From assembly GCA_043799385.1 (NCBI GenBank), contig JAZDNV010000030.1, forward strand, positions 1 to 57,323: a DNA stretch of 57,323 nt, written 5' to 3'. This stretch comes from Candidatus Aenigmatarchaeota archaeon. Its GTDB lineage: Archaea > Aenigmatarchaeota > Aenigmatarchaeia > GW2011-AR5. Of the stretch, positions 57,293-57,323 are shown in pieces. Under the pieces are notes generated by a model that made no database searches, had not been told where the DNA came from, and was given only the letters and a program-made list of their open reading frames with translations. The translations under genes were made by a program, and so were the position numbers. The first letter of the stretch is position 1. Each line of letters opens with the position of its first letter.

Positions 57293-57323
57293 AACTATCG
57301 TTTCTATTTTAATTATTTAAAAC

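Overview
Archaeal chromosomal segment. TFB, a histone, RpoN, aIF2-beta, Pop5/Rpp30, eL15, eS1, RFC-L, Nre, an ATP-dependent ligase, Sec61-beta and GGTGA Shine-Dalgarno sites are present. Compact genes suggest DPANN (Aenigmarchaeota-like), which is an inference. About 1-19 kb is an accessory surface-modification island: three alkaline-phosphatase-superfamily paralogs, GH1, a frameshift-split triple radical SAM/GT2 fusion, an SDR, an rSAM-SPASM protein, GT-C-like and UbiA-like membrane proteins, and CysD/TauE/HIT. The rest is mostly housekeeping with several oddities. The strongest unexplained signals are non-coding: (i) two dispersed Y-shaped elements with compensatory base changes and possible 8-bp flanking duplications (19476-19567, 34233-34332), and (ii) a three-unit ~61-nt array of paired hairpins between aIF2-beta and DUF424 (21684-21867). 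Other candidates are an uncharacterised membrane/TIM-barrel cluster (32.3-37.8 kb), a receptor-like membrane-anchored HNH nuclease, a SpeD-deoxyhypusine synthase fusion, a sigma70 region-4 protein behind TFB, and bacterial-type CoaD/CoaE/GlgC. No rRNA, tRNA, CRISPR array or transposase was recognised. All family calls are by-eye motif recognition, not database searches.
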